From: a virus
Taxonomy: Duplodnaviria > Caudoviricetes
Length of the DNA stretch: 48,513 nucleotides
Virus record (IMG/VR): IMGVR_UViG_3300011336_000437
Location: 1 to 48,513 of that record
Strand: one strand, 5' to 3'
Below the pieces are notes generated by a model that was not told the DNA's origin, did no database searches, and saw only the letters and a program-made list of their open reading frames with translations. Shown here piece by piece: positions 45,526-48,513 of this stretch. Made by a program: the position numbers and the translations under genes. Position 1 is the stretch's first letter. Every line of letters starts with the position of its first letter.

Positions 45526-46833
45526 TTATTTTACAGGTTGAAGTTTTGGAAGTTCTATTTTCTTAAGTTGCGGAAGTTTTAAAGCTTCTACTTTTGGTAC
45601 TTCTTCTAAGTAAGGCGCTAGAGCATCTCTCATTTTATCCAAAGAAAACTCAGTTTTGCTTTTATGAGCTTGTCTTTTAGCTTTTTCAACATACTTTTCG
45701 TATTTAGAGAAAATCTCTTTCATATAATATTCAGCTTGTTTCAAGTCTGCATAAAACCATTGAGACTCTGGAAGAATCATATTTTTTACAACTGATGAAG
45801 GATGTATCTGTTTTAGTTGTCCTCCTACCATAGCGCTGTATTCCATAAATAAAAAGTCTGTGTGACCTGACCAAGCAGTGGCTATAATTGGTTTTTTAGA
45901 CAAAGTAAACTCTAGCAAAGGTCGACCATATCCTTCACCGTGTCCCAAATACACCATGGCTTTTACTTTTGGATGATTATATAGATTATTGATGTCTGAT
46001 TCTTCAAGTTCTCCGTGTAGCAAATAGATATTTGGAATGTCTTTAGAATTTATTAATTTTTTTACGTCATCTATCTTTTGTAAGATAGAATCTCTATCCA
46101 TAATACTAGCCGCACCTCCAGAAGTTTTTAATATTAGTGCAGGTTTATCTTTTTTATCTTTGAAAGTTTCTAAAAAAGTTTTGATAGTTCCACCAACATT
46201 TTTTCTGTCTTCTCCAAAATCTCCTTGCATCCAATGACCAACAAATAGATAGCAAAATTCTTCCTGTATTTCATCTAGTTCTAAAACTAAATTAGTTTCT
46301 TCTAAATCTTCGTCTCCTATCTCAAAATATTGAGTCAAATCTACTCCTTCGAATAAAACTTCTACTGGTTTTTGTAAAAAAACTGTTCCTATAGCTTTTC
46401 CTGACTGGTCTTGCTGTTGAAACTTAGATTGTTCAAATACGGTCTTGGCATGATTAGAAGAAACAAGAGTCTTATTCATTCTATTAACTCCTTCGATCCA
46501 AGAAGCATCACAGATAGTAGTTTCTATACCTGCAGTGAATCCTATGTTGTATTTACCTACAGGTTGAAATTCGTTAGGTACTGTTAGTTGCATCCAAACA
46601 TCAGGTTGTTTTTGTAATTGACCTGATTTATTAATAAGTGAATCTAAAAATCCCCACTTTTCTTTATGATCTTTTATATATCCCCAAGGAGTTTGTCCCC
46701 AACGTTGACTTAGAATTTCTATATGCCATTCTTTGCCTTTTAGTTCGTAAATGGCTTTTACTAAATCTCTAGCTCTACTTCCGTAACCTGAGTATGTGTC
46801 TATTGGACATGATATTACGCAATATTGTTTCAT
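45526..46833 (-). CDS. GT-B (GT4-like) glycosyltransferase
   Basis: SGYG, RKN, GEGYGRPLLE, WSGHTDF. Confidence 0.85.
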   Translation of the reverse strand: MKQYCVISCPIDTYSGYGSRARDLVKAIYELKGKEWHIEILSQRWGQTPWGYIKDHKEKWGFLDSLINKSGQLQKQPDVWMQLTVPNEFQPVGKYNIGFTAGIETTICDASWIEGVNRMNKTLVSSNHAKTVFEQSKFQQQDQSGKAIGTVFLQKPVEVLFEGVDLTQYFEIGDEDLEETNLVLELDEIQEEFCYLFVGHWMQGDFGEDRKNVGGTIKTFLETFKDKKDKPALILKTSGGAASIMDRDSILQKIDDVKKLINSKDIPNIYLLHGELEESDINNLYNHPKVKAMVYLGHGEGYGRPLLEFTLSKKPIIATAWSGHTDFLFMEYSAMVGGQLKQIHPSSVVKNMILPESQWFYADLKQAEYYMKEIFSKYEKYVEKAKRQAHKSKTEFSLDKMRDALAPYLEEVPKVEALKLPQLKKIELPKLQPVK

Positions 46834-46834
46834 A

Positions 46835-48277
46835 TTAATATACTAATGGGTGTTTAATTGCTTTTCTTTCTATTTTTTCTGTCTTAATTAAACTAAAAGA
46901 TTTTCTTGGCTTAAATTTTGAGAACGTAGTGTCTATTGAGTTTACAACATTTTCACACATCATTCTAGCGCTCATCATAGATTCATCAGAAGTTACCCAT
47001 TCTCTAGCTTTCAATCCTTTAGCTGCTCTAGTTTCTGAATCAAGGTTGTAGACTTGCTCGATTGCTTTTGCCACGTCTCTAAAGTCACATCTGTCATCGA
47101 AAATATAAGGAGTAGGAATAGATCCGACAATACTCATGTTGTTAGGGAATACAGGTACTACCCATTCTCCGTGTTGTTTGTATTTTCCAAAATGATTCGA
47201 AGGAACTTTTTTAGACGGTGTAAACCACTTTCCTTTATCGTCAGTGAATCTCATTTGATCTTGCATACCGCCTGTCACATTTCCAATAGTCATTTTTCCT
47301 GCCATCATAGCCTCTGTAAGACTTAATCCCCAACCTTCGTTAGATGAAATTAGAGCAGTTACATCACACATATTGTATAGAAGATTCATATCTGTTACTC
47401 CTAATCTATCGTCTGAGAAATAAACTTTCTGATACTCAGAATCACATAAGAGATCTCTTACTACTGAAAGATCTGTACCATTTTCATCAGATACTTGAGT
47501 ATGAAGTAGTAATGCGCATTTCTTTGCAGAATTTTTTCCTATCCTATCGCAAAAAACTGAATACGCTGCTATAAGATCAGAGGTAGATTTTCTCCTTATG
47601 TTTCTAGAGTTATAGAATACAACGAACTCAGGTTGATCTTTGCCAAAGATTTTTTCTCTCTTCTCTTGAAGCTTAAGATAATCTTCTGACATGAATTCGT
47701 TAATTGGATAGAAGTGCTTCTCGTTAATTCCATGAGGAACGTAAGTCAATATTTTCTCTTTTGCTACGTCTCCTAAAACAAGTTCATTAATAAGCTTAGT
47801 TTGTTTTGATATTGACATCAAACAGTCGCAAGACTCGTAATAAGGTTTATTGTAGATTGGAGCAGGAAAATCGTCCCAAATGTTTAAATAGATAATTGGC
47901 ATTTTTTTGCGAATCTCGTTCTCCATTTGAAACAACCAAATCCAGTATCTAGGATCTGTAAACATCATTAGAGCGTCTGGCTTTTCGATCTCAATAAGCT
48001 GTCTTAATAGCTCTGGACTTCCGTATCCGTTAGTGGGATAAATGAAAACAGAAGCGTCTTGAATTCCTGCAACATTTCCAGTATCTTGAGATACGTCTAA
48101 TTTTTTACCCGATTCTGGATGCTGCATTGCGCCCCCTACATTTACCCAATTGTAATGTCCTGATGTACCTATGACGATCTCTCTTGCCATTGTAGAGATA
48201 CCTGAAGTCATACGAATATCATCACAAAGAAGGAGAATCTTTTTCCTTTTGCTTTTTTCGATGTAACCGTTATTCAT
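46835..48277 (-). CDS. GT-B (GT4-like) glycosyltransferase
   Basis: PHGIN, SRNIRRK, NEGWGLSLTEAM, TGGMQDQ. Confidence 0.88.
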   Translation of the reverse strand: MNNGYIEKSKRKKILLLCDDIRMTSGISTMAREIVIGTSGHYNWVNVGGAMQHPESGKKLDVSQDTGNVAGIQDASVFIYPTNGYGSPELLRQLIEIEKPDALMMFTDPRYWIWLFQMENEIRKKMPIIYLNIWDDFPAPIYNKPYYESCDCLMSISKQTKLINELVLGDVAKEKILTYVPHGINEKHFYPINEFMSEDYLKLQEKREKIFGKDQPEFVVFYNSRNIRRKSTSDLIAAYSVFCDRIGKNSAKKCALLLHTQVSDENGTDLSVVRDLLCDSEYQKVYFSDDRLGVTDMNLLYNMCDVTALISSNEGWGLSLTEAMMAGKMTIGNVTGGMQDQMRFTDDKGKWFTPSKKVPSNHFGKYKQHGEWVVPVFPNNMSIVGSIPTPYIFDDRCDFRDVAKAIEQVYNLDSETRAAKGLKAREWVTSDESMMSARMMCENVVNSIDTTFSKFKPRKSFSLIKTEKIERKAIKHPLVY

Positions 48278-48289
48278 TATGTGTTTTAT

Positions 48290-48508
48290 TTATTTGATTG
48301 CGTTGATTATATCAGATCCTGTGTAATAGGTGCTATACCTTTCGTGAATCTTTTGTCTAAAGCTAGAATCAGTAATATACATAAAGATAGTTCTTTCGAC
48401 TATCTCTTGTAGATTAATCTTCGATCTTACTGACATTATCTTAAAATCTTCGTATAAATTCTCCGGTATTTTTACCGAAGTGATAGTTCTTTTCACTGTA
48501 TGTTTCAT
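48290..48508 (-). CDS. Ribbon-helix-helix-like DNA-binding protein
   Basis: ITSVKIPENLYEDFK...LQEIVERTI. Confidence 0.65.
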   Translation of the reverse strand: MKHTVKRTITSVKIPENLYEDFKIMSVRSKINLQEIVERTIFMYITDSSFRQKIHERYSTYYTGSDIINAIK

Positions 48509-48513
48509 TTAGT

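Noticed and set aside
129-47574. Plus-strand ORFs in the track
   Set aside because: Short shadows of minus-strand genes without recognisable motifs or start context.

Overview
A 48.5 kb, AT-rich segment of a large lytic dsDNA phage genome; almost all genes lie on the minus strand. The host is probably Bacteroidota, inferred from SD-less A-rich starts (AAAAGTTATG) and TAnnTTTA promoter boxes resembling the Bacteroidota TAnnTTTG -7 element. Positions 1-23 kb form an early/accessory region of small ORFs arranged as cassettes behind five copies of a ~190-210 bp promoter/operator module. It includes UvsE, a RadA-like ATPase, two free-standing GIY-YIG endonucleases, ThyA, a membrane-anchored receiver domain, RNA-repair enzymes, an aberrant tRNA-like gene and metallophosphoesterases. 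Positions 23-30 kb hold lysis/envelope genes, 30-35 kb a repeat-rich tail fibre with an S74 chaperone, and 35-48 kb a large glycosylation cluster. The standout signal is a metallophosphoesterase gene broken inside its catalytic SDTH motif by 5 extra nt (ACC-TG-ACT: Thr, stop, Thr in a new frame). The break lies directly behind a perfect GC-rich hairpin and is the reverse complement of the 5' end of the nearby tRNA-like RNA. This is a candidate programmed bypass or tRNA-like-guided recoding system, though a plain indel cannot be excluded. All family assignments come from motif recognition by eye; no searches were run.
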